A DNA stretch of 62,623 nt, counting the filler, from Phoronis australis (Eukaryota > Animalia > Phoronida), in the NCBI GenBank assembly GCA_002633005.1. It is 9 parts of 9 records of this genome, joined end to end, with 100 filler letters (N's around TTAATTAATTAA, not from the genome) between each part and the next. Parts side by side here need not be neighbours in the genome. Positions count along the whole stretch, not along the records: positions 59,068 to 62,623 come from NMRA01002961.1; 8 more parts are not named here. The stretch is one strand, 5' to 3'. Shown piece after piece: positions 62,550 to 62,623 of the stretch (its first letter is position 1; each line of letters opens with the position of its first letter). Below the pieces are notes generated by a model. That model had not been told where the DNA came from. It did no database searches and worked only from the letters and a program-made list of their open reading frames with translations. The position numbers and the translations under genes are program-made.

Positions 62550-62623
62550 ATCAATTAGTTGCGTCGCCTGCAGTATGGCTAGACATACAGGTAGTAGTAC
62601 TTCCCAGGCCTCAATAAACCGAA

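Overview
Eukaryotic, AT-rich, repeat-dense invertebrate-type genomic DNA, not prokaryotic. The window is nine segments joined by eight identical 100-nt spacers (N44-TTAATTAATTAA-N44), so adjacency across spacers is probably not biological. Four host gene fragments are readable by eye: a PAN/apple + tectonin beta-propeller lectin ORF (2292-3206, cut by a gap), three consecutive exons of the queuosine-salvage hydrolase QNG1/C9orf64 (13849-18496), five coding exons of Borealin/CDCA8 (39237-43689) and the first two coding exons of a sacsin-like gene (56549-57964). Most are missed or only partly seen by the ORF track because they are spliced. The rest is transposon-derived: two non-autonomous Helentron/DINE-like families with internal ~145/~430-bp tandem arrays, several TTAA-flanked Kolobok-type elements keeping THAP remnants, a hAT-like MITE family with 5-bp TSDs, a PIF/Harbinger-like MITE, a Gypsy 5' end and LINE fragments. 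The most interesting observations are apparent self-nesting of one Helentron family, arrays of CTCF-like motifs carried by the other, a CCAAT+CHR promoter-like stretch for Borealin lying between Kolobok-type TIRs, and a recurring convergent THAP/second-ORF deletion layout. All calls come from manual reading; no database search was run.
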